Below are positions 14,459-29,275 of a stretch of 64,000 bases of DNA, in pieces. Source of the DNA: Vicugna vicugna (lineage: Eukaryota). Below the pieces are notes generated by a model. That model saw nothing but the letters and a program-made list of their open reading frames with translations, did not search any database and was not told the origin of the DNA. Every line of letters starts with the position of its first letter. Within the stretch, counting starts at the first letter, position 1. The position numbers were made by a program, and so were the translations under genes. The stretch lies in assembly GCA_013265495.1 (NCBI GenBank), contig MU058039.1, positions 498,591-562,590 on the forward strand. Direction: 5' to 3'.

Positions 14459-14535
14459 GTTGCTGTTGTTGATGGAGGTACCGGGGATTGAACCCAGGAC
14501 CTTTACTTTACCAGTGAGCTATACCCACCCCACTG
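14459..14535 (-). mobile_element. tRNA-derived SINE, camelid Vic-1-like, internally deleted
   Basis: Minus strand reads ggggtgggtatagctcactggtaaag...gtcctgggttcaatccccggtacctccat (A and B boxes); TSD tgatctcttttt at 14447-14458 and 14536-14547. Confidence 0.8.
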
Positions 14536-15594
14536 TGATCTCTTTTTATAAGTAATTTGTCTTTGCCTAAATAGGAACTGAATTCTGTAATATTTAGCTT
14601 ATTTCCATAGATTTCCAGATCCTTATTGATGATCCGCTCAGACTCTGGACTGTGTCAATATTTGGCTTATTTGTTAACATGCCATGTTAACAGATGAATA
14701 CAAAATTAATAACCCTTATTAGGAAATCCTCTGCATGCATTGTAGAAAACAGAGACATAAAATTTATTTTCAAAACATTAAAATCTCATATTTCTACTAC
14801 TTTAACACTTTAGTGGATTTACATACACACATGCATATACATGTTTTTCTTTTTACCAATGTGACATCGTCTTCTTACTGTTCTATAACCTGACTGTCCT
14901 TATCATTGATTTTTCTACTTCTATTTCTATTATATTTTGATTTTACTGCATCTTCAAAACCCAAATCCTATTTGTAGGATAGGTCCAGTTTGACTTGTTC
15001 AGATCAGTATCCAATGCCAGACTATGCATTCCAGCTGGTTATCCTATCACTGACATCTCTCTTAATCTAACACATTCCCTTTATTTGTGACACTGACATT
15101 TTGAAGAGACAAGGCCACTTATATTTCAAAATCTGTCATCTTCTGTACTTGTGTGGATACTGTCCATGGTATAATTTAACTTAGTTTCTATCCTTTATAT
15201 TTCAGTAAATTGGAAATTATTTTCAGTCTTGAGGGATTCATGTCAAACATTTGTGGCTGAAGTACATCACAGGTGGCATGTGTACTCCACTAAAAGACAC
15301 AATGTGTGTGGGGTCGCACCACTGGTTTTGTAACGTGACCACTCAGGGTAACAGTTGGCTTCCTCCATTGTTCAGTTACATTCTTCCTGTTGTAACTGAA
15401 AAGAAGTCTGTATTATCTTGCTTTTGCATCACAGCAGCCATCAGTTCTATAAGCAGTTCCTCTCCTCCTAGTTTTAGCAACATCCTTTATATTTATCTTA
15501 ATAAGATTGGGAATTGTTAGGTGGTTTTTAAAAAAATTCTATCATGATTTCTAGTTTTTTTATTGACATGATCAACTGGGGCTCTGGTTACTTT

Positions 15595-15729
15595 TTTTTT
15601 TTTTTTGAAGTGTAGTCAGTTACAATGTGTCACTTGTCTGATGTACAGCATAATGTCCCAGTCATGCTTGTATATACATATATTCTTTTTCATTGAAGGT
15701 TATTATGATATTGAATATAGTTCCATATT
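15595..15729 (-). mobile_element. Short L1 3' end with TSD
   Basis: Poly-T tail then gaagtgtagtcagttacaatgtgtc; TSD tggttacttt at 15585-15594 and 15730-15739. Confidence 0.7.
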
Positions 15730-16699
15730 TGGTTACTTTGAAATATAAATTGATGGGAGAGGGCAGGAAAATATATTTTACTTAATACTGATAATTATAA
15801 AGTTTTTAGTAATATACTATTTAATGAAAAAATAACTGAAGATGGTTTCTGTTTTCTAAAGAATCATTATATTTTTATCTTTTATTTATTTAATATGCTT
15901 AATCCAACATAATTTTTCTGTTCTTTCACAGTATTGGTCATATACAGCTTAATACTCAGACACATGGCTTTTTAACAGTCATAAATCTGTAAAATTTTCC
16001 TTTTTTGGCCTAAGTTTTATGAGACTTATCTTGTATCCTCCCTGCCCCATTCTTTGAATTAAACATTTCTTTAAGGATTTTCTGATCCATAATAGTACTA
16101 AATATTTAGAGATGACAGAGTAAATGATCACTGTGCTTATCCTTCTAGCCTTTTTGACAGTTTTTCTATTCTGTGGAGACTGATCTGTTCAAGATTTTTG
16201 TCTTTTGTAGAGTTGGTTTTGATAAATTATGTTTATGTCTTTTACTTTTACAATTTCTTTTTTTAATTTAAGTACAGTCAATTACAATGCATCAATCTCT
16301 GGTGTACAGCACAATGTCCCAGTTATGCACGTGCATACATATATTCATTTTCATATTTACTTTTATAATTGCTTAAAATTTTATAATCCACTCTTTTCTC
16401 AATTAGTTTACCTAGTGTGTCATTGCACATTGATTTTTCTTATCAAGGAGGTACTTTTTACAATTTATGTGTTGATTCTGTTCTTTTCCCAAGCTCATTT
16501 CATTCTGGTTCTTATCCTTATTCTTTCTGCTTTCCTTCAGTTTACTTTGATTTTTTTTCTAAATTTATAGTAAATTGTATATTAAATTTGTGTTGAAGTG
16601 ACAACTTTTCTCTGAGCAGTATAGTTGGAAGTTGTACCTTCTGAAATGTAGTCTTTTCATTGTTTGGTGTCTCCATGCCTCTAGTTTCACTGTTTATTT

Positions 16700-17104
16700 C
16701 CTAGTATGATAAAGATTGTGACTCTATTTGAATTTTGACTGCAGACAGCTTTCAGGCTCCACTTCTCCTGCCCCACTTTTGGGAAAGCTGATAAAAAAGC
16801 CCGAGTGCTCCCTACTTCAGTGCCAGTGGGCAATTCAAACCATGCAAACCATGTCCCACTGCAGGAACCCTCAGCCCTGCACCACACCCTCACCACCATA
16901 AAAAAATCCCTAAGTCAGTCTCTTTTCCAGATCTCTCAAGTCATCTTCAGACCAACTTGGAAACAATCCTGCTCTCTCTAGGAAGCCTTACTATACAAGT
17001 AACAAATCTTTTCACACCTTCTTGGTGTATGTGTGTGGCATTCTCAGTCTTGACTCCCAAGTCCAATTCGGTGTGGGTATGCATCCTTCCTCTGCTCCAC
17101 TACA
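16700..17104 (+). mobile_element. ERVL-type solo LTR (MER54/MER74-like)
   Basis: Motif gggaaagctgataaaaaagcccgagtgctccct...ttcaaaccatgcaa, TATA-like cataaaa, ends ctaca; family from recall, start approximate. Confidence 0.5.
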
Positions 17105-18476
17105 TTTAGTTAAAAGAAAATGATTTTTCTAGGTAGACAGAGCACTTTTTTTCTGATGTTGCTGTTATTTTCAGTGTTATTCTTTGAGGTCAGAGAAGGT
17201 GTCACTTCACCTGTTTTACATATCCCACAATGGATTCACAGAAAAATACTCTTCGCCCTTGACTTGTGCGCCCCTCATTCTGCACTGATATTCCTTAGTC
17301 TTTCCCTAAATCTCGATTGCCATCTTCCAGCTTGTAGCTAATACTTCCTTTTATGTACAGTTCCAAGCACTCTGGTACCCCCACACCTCCCCCATTTTAT
17401 AGTTTACTTATTCTCTCCAGCCTTTCCAAATGGAAAGACTTTTTAAGGTTTCCTTTTGAATATGTATCTGTGAATTGTCTAAAAAAGCATTAGAATGCTT
17501 ATCTGGGAAGTATAAGAATGGTTGGCCTTGACAGTAAGGGAAAGGAGGAGAGGACACGTGGGAAAGAATATGCACCAACAGATATTTAGCAAATTTAGAA
17601 TAGATGAGGAGTAAAAACCCAACTGAAGATCAGTAAGAATAATTATTCAGCACCTATGATACATCAGAACCTTGTCATTCAGTGATAAAGTAATGAGGGA
17701 CTATGTCTTAGGGAAGTTTAGGGAAATGAAGAAAGAGAATATCATAAGAAAATTAATGATATGATAATTGAAAGCAGAGGTATGGTGGAAACAATGAAGT
17801 GCTAAAACGAAACAACAAAAAAGACATGCACATACTTAGCGTTAGCAAGTACAGTCTTCCTGAGGGACAGGACATTCATCCTGATACATAAAGGATGAGA
17901 AGGATCCAGCCTACAGAGTGCCCAGGTCCAAGGGTTTCAACTGGATGAAACAGTCTGCAGAAAGCATTAAGTGATAGGGAAGGTTGTACCAGATCCTAAG
18001 TGATGGGGGATAGCAGAGGGGTCAGGGTTTTGACATGACACCATGTAGGGAAGCAGAAGCCCTGCCGTCCATGGGAGTTTGGATTGTATGAGAAGAGCAA
18101 AGAGAAATCACTAGAGAAACTTGGGATGAATTCTTAAAGTTTGATCTGCATCTAAATCAGTGATAGAAAATTTCAGAATAAAGTGTTCTTCTCTTCTTAC
18201 TTCTAATCTGGTTAGTCTGTGACTGTGCCAAGATAGCAAATTTCTAACAATTTTGCTAAACTTTGATCCACACGTAAATTTCAGTAACTTCATCATGTTA
18301 CATAACTTCTCATATATCTCAACTCTTTTTGGCCTTTTTAAAATTTCATTACCATATTTTAGAATTCTGGAAGCACTTCACTTATTGTGAGTGTTGGTTC
18401 TTATTTCTTTCATAGAAGGTTCATCTTCTCTGGGATAAGAAATACAGATATTTTTTGTTTTCTTCTTTTGTTTCAG

Positions 18477-19928
<1,452 letters not shown>

Positions 19929-20176
19929 GGACATGAGCAATAGGGGAATGCCTTTAGGTATGGCTTGGACTTTTTAAACATCAGACAGTTCACGCTACTG
20001 GTAAGAAATGACTGAATATGTGTTGTAGGTATGTCTTTACCAAACAAGAGAATTCATAGTACAGCTCATGCCACTTTAGAAAGCCTTCAGTGTCACTCTT
20101 GTTTTAATGGAATGTCTGTTTAAACAATGGCAAATTAGGAAAAGGGAATCCCAATTTTCTTCATGCCTGTAACTTG

Positions 20177-20646
20177 TGCCAACTAAAAACTGGCACTTGC
20201 CATCTGTCTCTGCAAGGATGGAATCACGAGCTGCTGTAGCCACTGACCCTCAAACACCTTGAAAGGAGTTCTGGGTGGAGATCGGGAATGTGGCGCTCTG
20301 CGCTCGGGGAAAACTGGTGGAACAGGCCTTCAGATAGTTAGATACTTTCAGGAGAAGATTTTGTAAGTCCAAATTCTTGCATCTCCTTATATCTAGAAAA
20401 GCACTAAAATCACTAATGGTGACAACCGCTCCTTGTGACTAGCAGCAAGCCTCTGCCAAAATGTGTGCTTGGCTGCACATACCCCACCTTCACTACAATC
20501 ATATATAACACTGACGTTCTCCCCTGCCCCATGGGAGCAGTCCCTCAGTGCTCTCTGAAATGCTGTCTCCTGGGCTATAGTCCTCATTATGCCCCAAATA
20601 AAACTTTACTCACAACTCTCATGTTGTGCATTTTTTTCAGTCGACA
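20177..20646 (+). mobile_element. ERV1-type solo LTR
   Basis: TG...CA ends with imperfect inverted termini (tgccaactaaaaa / tttttcagtcgaca); TATA-like catatataa; AATAAA at 20597; 4-bp flanks cttg/tttg. Confidence 0.75.
20597..20602 (+). terminator. Candidate poly(A) signal for ZNF573-like transcript, inside LTR
   Basis: First AATAAA I could find after stop 19928; GT/T-rich tract downstream. Confidence 0.4.
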
Positions 20647-22174
20647 TTTGCATGGCGTGGATTTTTAATTAAATTTGTTAATTTTATGGTTAAAAAAAAA
20701 AACCTTCCATGTTAATTATCAATGGCTATGTTACAAATTACTCCCAATCTTCCTGGCTTATCACAACAATAAGCAAACTTCACAGTTTCTATGGGTCAGA
20801 AAGTCAAGAGTGATTTGGCTGAGTGCTTCTATATTAGGTTTTTCATGAGATTGCAGTCCTCTGAAGGTGTGGCTGGGGCTGAAGGACCTGCCCCGTGGTG
20901 GTTCACTCATAGTGGATGCTGGCCTAGAGAGTGAGAGTGTCAGGAGAAAACCATCCTCATCCACAGTGGGCCTGATGTAGATGAAATCCTGGACTTGAAG
21001 TTGATGCTGTGAATGGGTGAGACTTTTGAGGCTTCCTGTGCATACCTTCCATGTGGTAGGAATGTACAGTTTGTCCTCATTGGGCCTATGGACATGTTTT
21101 TAAAATATATCCACAAATTATTTGAAATTGCACCCTTCAAAACTGAAGCCTGATTCTTTTCTGTTTACATGTGGGCCGAACCTAGTCACTTGCTTCTAAC
21201 CAGAAGGAAGGCAGAATGTGCAAGACAGCTTTCTCCCGGGTCTGCTGCTCATTCTCTGTCGGTCACATCAGCTCTTCTCTACCTTGGGCTTCAGCTGAGG
21301 CTTCTGACAGGCCCCTTTATGGGAACTTCACTGAATGGCCATTCTCTTAGATATCATCTTAGATCTTTCTAACATCTGTTTTTTTTTCTTTCTAACATCT
21401 TGACCAAGGGTTTTTTTATCCTCGTACTCTGTGGAGGCCCGATTACCTTCTGGGAGGAACATAACTGATATAATTGACCTGCTCCCTTTGTAAATAACCA
21501 CCACGTTAATGCTGGGGCCATGCTTCTCATGGGCTGCCCCAGCCAGTTTTCTGAGCACAATGGGAGTATTAATGCAGGTCAGTTTTTGTGAGTCCTGGAC
21601 CTTCTTAAGTGGGTAACTGAATCAAGAACTCCTCAATTTGCCTGGCCTGAACTCTGTCTTAGAACTTCACTGCTGTTTACATACTACACAATAGTTTCGC
21701 CACACTACCTTTTTTCACCCTCTCTCCTTCAGAATTGTCAGACTTGCATCCCAGCCTGTAGACTCTAACTACCCTCCCTGGCTCCCCGCTTTTTCCTTTA
21801 TAGGTAGTTTCCTCAATATCCTTAATGTATCTGATTCTTTGTTGTTACTTGCTTTTCAAAAGTTTGAGATGAACACACACCTTCTACTTACCTTTAGATT
21901 GTATTTTCCTAACAGCGCTCTGGATTTGATCTTTGTCCAGAGGCCATTTCAAAAGTTCAGTATATTTGCTGGGGATTTCAAAGCCAGCAAGTCCTGTTTA
22001 ACAGCCCTTCTTCAACTTATCTCACTTTTTGCACTTGAAGCAGTAAGAAGGTAGGTGGCACTGCCGCACTCTACCTGCAAGTCTCCTTGGCTAAACTGCC
22101 CAGTTCATTAGGTGTATTTTTCACTGTCCACGTTATCATGTGCAATGATATAGAATAAACTGTCTACTACTACA

Positions 22175-25102
22175 GGACCACAAGCTTGCCTCTCCTCGCG
22201 ACTACAATGAAACCACAACTGAATGCTGAACAACCATCGAAAAAAGACTGGAACCTAGCAAAAAAGATCTTCTGCAACTGGAAACATAAAGAGGGAGCCC
22301 CAGTGGGACAGTAGGAGGGGTGTCCTCACAATATAATTGGGCCCCATACCCCTCAGGTGGGCGACCCACAAGCTGAAGATTTGTTAAGTCACAGAGGCCC
22401 TCCCACAGGAGTGAGAGCTCTAAGTCCCACGTCAGGCTCCCCAGCTTGGGTTCTGGCAATGGGAAGAGAAAGAGACCTCAGGACATCTATTTTTGAAGGC
22501 CAGTGGGGCTTGGTGCTGGGTGCCCCATGGGACTGGTGGACACAGAGACTTCATTCATTTGGGAAGTGTACAAGGAATCTCATGTGCACCAGGTCCAAGG
22601 GCAGAGGTAGTGATTTCATAGGAACCTGGGCCAGGCCTGCCTGCTAGATTTGGAGGGTCTTCTGGGGACATAGGAGAGGACTGTGGCTCACCCAGGGAAC
22701 ATAGAAGCTGGTGGCAGACATTCCGGGAATGTTAATCTACATGAGCTTTCCTGGAGGCTGACATCTTGATTGGATCATTAGCACCAAGACCTAGCCCTTC
22801 CCAACAGCCTGTAGGGAAGCCTCAGGCCAAACAACATACAGGGTGGGAACACAGCCACACCCATCAGCAGACTTCCTAAGCCACAAAGGCCTCTAGACAC
22901 AGCCCTACCCACCAGAGGTCCAGGACCAAGCTTCACCCAGCAGTGGGCAGGTACCGGCTCCTCCTGCCAGGAAACCTGCATAAGCCTCTAGCCCAGCCTC
23001 ATCCACCAAGGGCAGATACTAGAAACAAAAAAAGAACAATCCCAAAGCCTGTGGAAGGAGTCCACAAACACATAGAAAGATAGATGATATGGGGTGGCTA
23101 AGGAATATCTCCCAGGCCAAGGCACAAGGTAAAATCCCAGAAGAAGAAATAAGTAATGAGGAGATATGCAGTTTATCTGAGAAAGAGTTTACAGTAATGA
23201 TGGTGAAGATGTTCAGAGAACTCAAGAGGAGGATAGGTGCACAGAGTGAAGTTTTTAGCAAAGAGTTGGAAAATATAAAGAATACCCAGAGGTGAAGAAC
23301 AAAATCACTGAAATGAATAACACACCAGAAGGAACCAAGAATAGACTAAATGAGGCAGAAGAACAGATCAGTGAGCTAGAAGACAGATTAGTGGAAATCA
23401 CTACTTCAGAACAGAAAACAAAAAGGAATAAAAAGGAATGAGGATAGTTTAAGAGAACTCTGGGACAACATGAAGCACACTAATATTCGCATTATAGGGG
23501 TCCCAGAAAGAGAAGAGAGAGCGAAAAGACCTGAGAAAATTTTGGAGACGTAATCATTGAAAACTTCCCCAACTTGGGAAAGGAAACAGTCACCCAAGTC
23601 CAGGAAGCACAGAGAGTAACACACAGGGTCAACCCAAAGAGGAATACACTAAGGCACATAGTCATCCAATTGACAACAATTAAGGATAAGGAAAAAAATA
23701 TTAAAATTAGCAAGAGAGAAGCAACAAATAACATATAAGGGAATTCTCATAAGATTATCAGCTGATTTTTCAGCAGAAACTCTACAGGCCAGAAGGGAGT
23801 GGCATGATATATTTAAAGTAATGAAAGGGGGAAACTTACAACCAAGAATAATCTATCCAGCAAGGCTCTCATTCAGATTTGAGGGAGAAATCAAACCATA
23901 AGAAAAGAGAACAAAAAGAAGAAAAAAAAACCTAAAAAAGATAGCTTTGGGTGTTCTGGGTTTTTTGTGGTTCCTTATAAATTTTGGAATTGTTTGTTCT
24001 AGTTCTGTGAAGAATGTTGCGAGTATTTTGATGGGGGTTGCATTGGATCTGTGGATTGCTTTGGGTAGTGTGGCCATTTTGATAGTGTTGATTTTTCCAA
24101 TCCAAGAGCACAAGGTATCTTTCCATTTCTTTGTGTCATTTCGGCTTTTGGGGTATAGGTAACCTCTGTGATGAAGTTTATTCCTAGGTATTTTGTTGTT
24201 TTTGATGTAAAGGAAATGTTTATGTCAGAATAATAAAATTCTGGTTTTTGAACTGGAAAAAAAAGTGAATGAAGGACCACAAATGGCAAAATATCCTTCT
24301 TTCTTATGGGTGAATTGTATTCCATTACAATTATGCATGCTGCTTCCTCATTATCTATTCAACTGTTGATGTGCACTTGGGATGCTTCCATGTCTTGAAA
24401 ATTATAAACAATGTTGCTGTTAATAGCAGGGTGTACGTATCTTTTTGAATTAATTTTTATTTTGTGGTTGTTTTTATTCCTCTGATAACTGTGTAAGTTT
24501 AAAAAGCTGAAGCTCTAAGTGTTCTTAGAAACAATGAACAGTACATATATGTAAATTAAAAAATACATGTGCAGTGAAAAAAAAAAGAGCTATCAAGCCA
24601 TGAAAGACATGGAAGAAACTTAAAAGACATATTAGTAAATGGAAGAAGCCAGTCTGAAAAGGCTACAAACTGTACAATTCCAACCAAATGACATTCTGGA
24701 AAAGGCACAGCTACAGAAACAATAAAAAGATCGTGGTTTCCAGGGGTTTGTGGAGAGGGAGGGAGGGAGGAATGAATAGATGGAGCACAAAGGGTGTTAG
24801 GGCAATGAAATTACTCTGTATGATACTATAGTGGTGGCTACATGTCATTATGCATTTGTCAAAACCCATAGAATGTACAACATCAAGAGTGAGCCCTAAT
24901 GTAAACTGTGGGCTTTGGTTGATAATTGTGTCCATGTTGGTTCATTGATTGTACCAAATATGCCACATTGATGAAGGAGTTGAGAGGAGGGGAGTATATA
25001 TCTGTGGGTGGAGAGGGCTATGTGCAAACTCTGTATTTTCTGCTCAATTCTGCTGGAAACCTGAAACTGCTCTAAAAAATAAAGTCTATTAAAAGAAAAA
25101 AA
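22175..25102 (+). mobile_element. Composite L1 insertion: 5' UTR + partial ORF1 (+), inverted ORF2/3' pieces (-), short unique spacer, older L1MC-like 3' end with poly(A)
   Basis: 18-bp direct repeat aaactgtctactactaca at 22157-22174 and 25103-25120; ORF1 peptide EEICSLSEKEFTVMMVKMFRELKRR; antisense ORF2 peptide [21 protein letters not shown]; ends aataaagtctattaaaagaaaaa. Confidence 0.85.
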
Positions 25103-25325
25103 AAACTGTCTACTACTACATAACAAGAATTCCCCTTCTTCCCATCTCCAGTGACATTTTCCTCATTTTTTGGTAAACCTTCACTAGTAGGCTCTTCAAA
25201 AGCCTCAAGATACCTGCTAACAATATCTTCAAGGCCCATCCAGTTTCCATTCACTTTGTGAACACAGAGCTGCTCTGATATTTTTAGCACTGTTTCAGTA
25301 GCAACCTCATTTAGGTACCAAAATC

Positions 25326-25797
25326 TGTGTTAGTTATCTCTTGCTGCATTCCCCCAAAACTCAGTGGCTTAAAATCTTGAATGAATGTGTATTTTCCTTT
25401 GTTTCTGTGGGTCATGAATTTGGGGCAGCTAAGCTGGGTGCTTCTGGTGTCAGGGGTCTCATGAGACTGCAGTTACCTAAAGGACTGACTGCGGCTGGAG
25501 GGTCTGCTTTCAAAGACGGCTTAGTCATGTGGCTGGTAAGTTCACACTAGCAAGTTATTTCCTCTCCAACAGGGACCTCTCCATATGCCGCCTGAATGTC
25601 CTTGGGACACGATACTTAGCTTTTCTCAGAAGAAGGGATCCTTGTTATCATCCAGCTGTGGCAGTCACTTTTGCCACATTATTTTCATTAGCAGCAGGTC
25701 ACTTAGTGTAACCCATATTCAGTAGGAGAGGAATTCAGCTTCACTTTTTGAAGGGAGGAATGTCAAAACATTTGCAGACATACTTCAAATCACCACA
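25326..25797 (-). mobile_element. MaLR (MLT1-like) LTR, with MLT-internal-like sequence either side of the composite L1
   Basis: tgtgttagttatctcttgctgc...cccaaaactcagtggcttaaaa...tttgaagggaggaatgtcaaaacatttgcagacata...caccaca; typical MLT1 termini. Confidence 0.6.
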
Positions 25798-27299
25798 CCT
25801 TCCAAGACCACTCAGTGATTGTTGTACTCTCAAAAATTAGTAATAAACAAACTTGCTACTGTGATGTACACAGAAATGCTTGTAACCACAGTACATACTT
25901 TACCTGTCACTGCCATTCTACCATCTTACACCCTATGTGTCACTGGCAGAGATAATTATCATCTATAGGCATCATTTGTAAAGTGCTAATCAGGAACACA
26001 CACACTGGTCACACTATGGGGACTGATTAAAGTAATGCTTATAAAACTAAGAGTATCTGGCATGGAGCCTGTGTTCAGTAAACATGAGCTATTGGTATCA
26101 TCATCATTATTTGTGTTAATAGTTAATTTTTATGAGTAAGTTTCTAATGGTTTAATTAATTTAGCTCCTTAAAGCCACTTATCTGTTACTAAATTTTACG
26201 TAACTTGGGAAATAAGCATACGGTTTAGTGTGTGTAAAGACTGTGATAATAGCAACAGTTTATATTCTCTGTTCACAATTTAAGTAGGAGTTACTAACAG
26301 AATAATAAAAAACCAAATTGTCCTCTTGGAGATTTTTCCTAAATTTGTAATGTAAATGTTTATTTTCTCAACACTGTCTATTCTAGGTTAATATACTGCA
26401 TTTGGGTTTTTTTTCTCCAAAGTTGTAACCCCACTTTTTTATGTCTTTGATTTTTTTCATAATATGTCCAAAGAGTGCCCACATTCTTGATTTGTTTCCT
26501 CATGGCATGATTTAACTTACTGATCTCTATCTCATTTTTCCTATAAATTAGAAAGTATGTCCAGAAAATTCATTCGGTTGAGATTAAACATTTTTGGCAA
26601 GAACATTTCATGACTTATTCGTCATACTTCTGAAAGCACAAATGTCAGGTTTTAAAAACTTGATTCATATTGTATTGATACATTCATTTGAAAACAGAAT
26701 GCATGCAGAAAACGAGTACTGAGACAAAATTTTGTTGTTTTCTTTATCTGTCTATCCATGGCACCTATACAATGCCTGTTAAAGGCTAGATAAAGCTTTG
26801 GATAGAAGCAAGAGTTAACTTATGAGGCTGGAACTAAGCAAAATAAACTCTGTGCCAATATTAATAAATCAATAAAACTGGATAGAGATTAATGATTAGG
26901 AAGTAAAAATGTGTTTATTCAGGCCCTTCTGCCCCTGCCCTTTCTGTGGAACATGAACTAAATCAATAAATAAAGTCAGGAAACTAAATGATGACACTAT
27001 TGTAGAATCATGAATAACAACAGGGATTGATAGAAATATGAAGACATTTAAAGTTAACTTAGCCCATGTTTATATCAAAATGTTTACAAATCTGATACAT
27101 CTTTAGAATGAATTACATTTGTAAAAAATGTTGTTTATCAAACATGACCCTGTATGATGTAGGATATCTGAATTTTCAAAAGACAACTGAAAATACAATC
27201 TCTGTTCTTAAAATGTACAAACTAACCACTCATCACTTAAAACATCAAGAAGGATTTTCTTCCTAATAAAAGTTTCCATCCATGGTTACATGTTTAATA

Positions 27300-28240
27300 A
27301 AAGCATTTGATAAAATTTAACACCCATTTATGATAAAAACTCTTACCAAAGTGGGTATAGAGGGAACATATCTCTACATAATAAGACCTATTTATGACAA
27401 ATCCACAGCCAGCTTAATACTCAATGGTGAAAAGTTGAAAGCCTTCCCACTAAAACCTGGAATAAGACAAAGATGCCCACTCTCATCACTTCTATTGAAC
27501 ATAGTAGTGGAAGGCCTAGCCACAGAAATCAGGCAAGAGAAAGAAACAGAAGGGATCTAAGTTGGAAGAGAAGAGGTAAAATTGTCACTATATGCAGATA
27601 TGACATGATACTATATATAGAAACCCCTAAAAGCTCTGCACAAAAACTACAAGAGCTGATAAAAGAATTTGGCAATGTAACAGGATACAAGATTAATATA
27701 CAGAAATCAGTAGCGTTTCTTTACACTAACAATGAAATATCAGAAAAAGAAAGTAAAGAAACAATCCCTTTTAAAATCACATCCAAAAAAAAATAAAATA
27801 CTTAGGAATAAATCTGACCAAGCAGGTGAAAAGCTTATGTGGAAAACTACAAAACATTGATTAAGGGAATTAAAGATGACTTAAAGAAATGGAAAGACAT
27901 CCCATGCTCTTGGATTGGAAGAATTAATATTGTTAAAATGACCCTAGTACCCAAAGCAATCTACAGATTTACTGCGATCCCTATCAAATTACCCAGGACA
28001 TTTTTCACAGAACTAGGACAAATAATCCTAAAATTTATATGGAATCACAAAAGACCCAGAATTGCCAAGGCAATACTGAAGAAAAAGAATGAAGCCAGAG
28101 AAATAACCCTCTTAGACTTCAGACAACACTACAGAGCTACAGTGATCAAAACAGCATGATATTGGCACAGAAACAGACATATGGATCAATGGAAGAGAAT
28201 AGAGCGCCCAGAAAAAAACCCACAGACTTATGGTCAATTT
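27300..28240 (+). mobile_element. Internal L1 ORF2 (reverse transcriptase) fragment
   Basis: Peptides [34 protein letters not shown] and [19 protein letters not shown]; frameshifted; no 3' tail. Confidence 0.92.
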
Positions 28241-28969
28241 CACTGTGTCATGTGATTAAGCCCCAGTGGGACAGCAGTCACCTCACATGATATGTAATTA
28301 GTAGGCTTTTTCTGAACACATACTACTGTTACTTTTTGCAAAATGAAAAATCTTCCAGCTGAAGCTGTGTGGAATATTTCTAAATGTTTTAAAACTCAAT
28401 TGATAACTATTTAGGCTAACAACAATTTTTCACTCAAGTCAAACTCTAGCTTGAATAGTGTGAGTGTCAGATGTAATTTGTAAACAACAGTCTATAACTG
28501 CAGTCATGGCTTTTATACAATCGGACCTTTACTAAATAGTGCTCTTTACTGTTGTAATTTAAAATCTGATCAACTGGCAATGTAGGGACTGTAACCCACT
28601 TGTCCACTTAAAAATTTATTTTTTAACTAGCCCACTAAGTATCTTGTATTTTTTGGCCAAACATGTTACTGTGACTTGACTTTCCTATTTATTTCTTTTG
28701 TCTGTTTTCTCAATTTAATGATTTGTAGAATACACACATATACCCTGGATCTTGAATATTGCCAGTTTTAATTATCCAGTCAATTTTTAATTTGTCTAAG
28801 TACGAAGAAATGTAACGAAAATGTAATGTGACTTCACCCATGTACAATGTTAGTCAACTTAACACTTTATTGGACAACCTAGGCCTTTACCGGGGTGCTA
28901 AAAGTTATCATTCCCATGTATTATTGAATAGGTTGTCATTACTGCAGGGGACATAAAAGATCCAGTATT

Positions 28970-29275
28970 CCACCTTCAAGTGCTCACATCAAGGACAGGA
29001 CGTGATGGCCAAGGAGTCATACCACTGATTCAACAGGGCGGACACTTCACATACAGGCCTGAGGCTTCTGAAAAGAAGAGCTCCACAGTCCTAATTTAAG
29101 GGAAGGGATACATTCACGTGCACACACACACAGTTTGACTGGGTTATGAACTCACCTTCAAGAGCTCGCATTCGATGGCCCTCGGCGTCACATTGCTGAT
29201 TTAACCGGGCGGACCCCTCACACGCAGGAAGGGCTGAGACCTCAGAAAACAATAGCTCCGCAGTCCCCTTCTCAG
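28970..29275. repeat. Two diverged tandem copies (~182 bp apart) of a promoter-proximal module
   Basis: caccttcaag...gatggcc...gtca...ctgatt...gggcggac...ctgag...gaaaa...agctcc(a/g)cagtcc at 28971-29091 and 29153-29267. Confidence 0.75.

Noticed and set aside
14459..14535. tRNA-like A/B boxes (also 37005-37106)
   Set aside because: TSDs, simple-repeat tails and internal deletions indicate SINEs, not tRNA genes.
20647..20665. tggcg after the LTR as a possible primer-binding site
   Set aside because: Offset from the LTR end, no recognisable extended tRNA match or internal ERV sequence; flanks fit a solo LTR.
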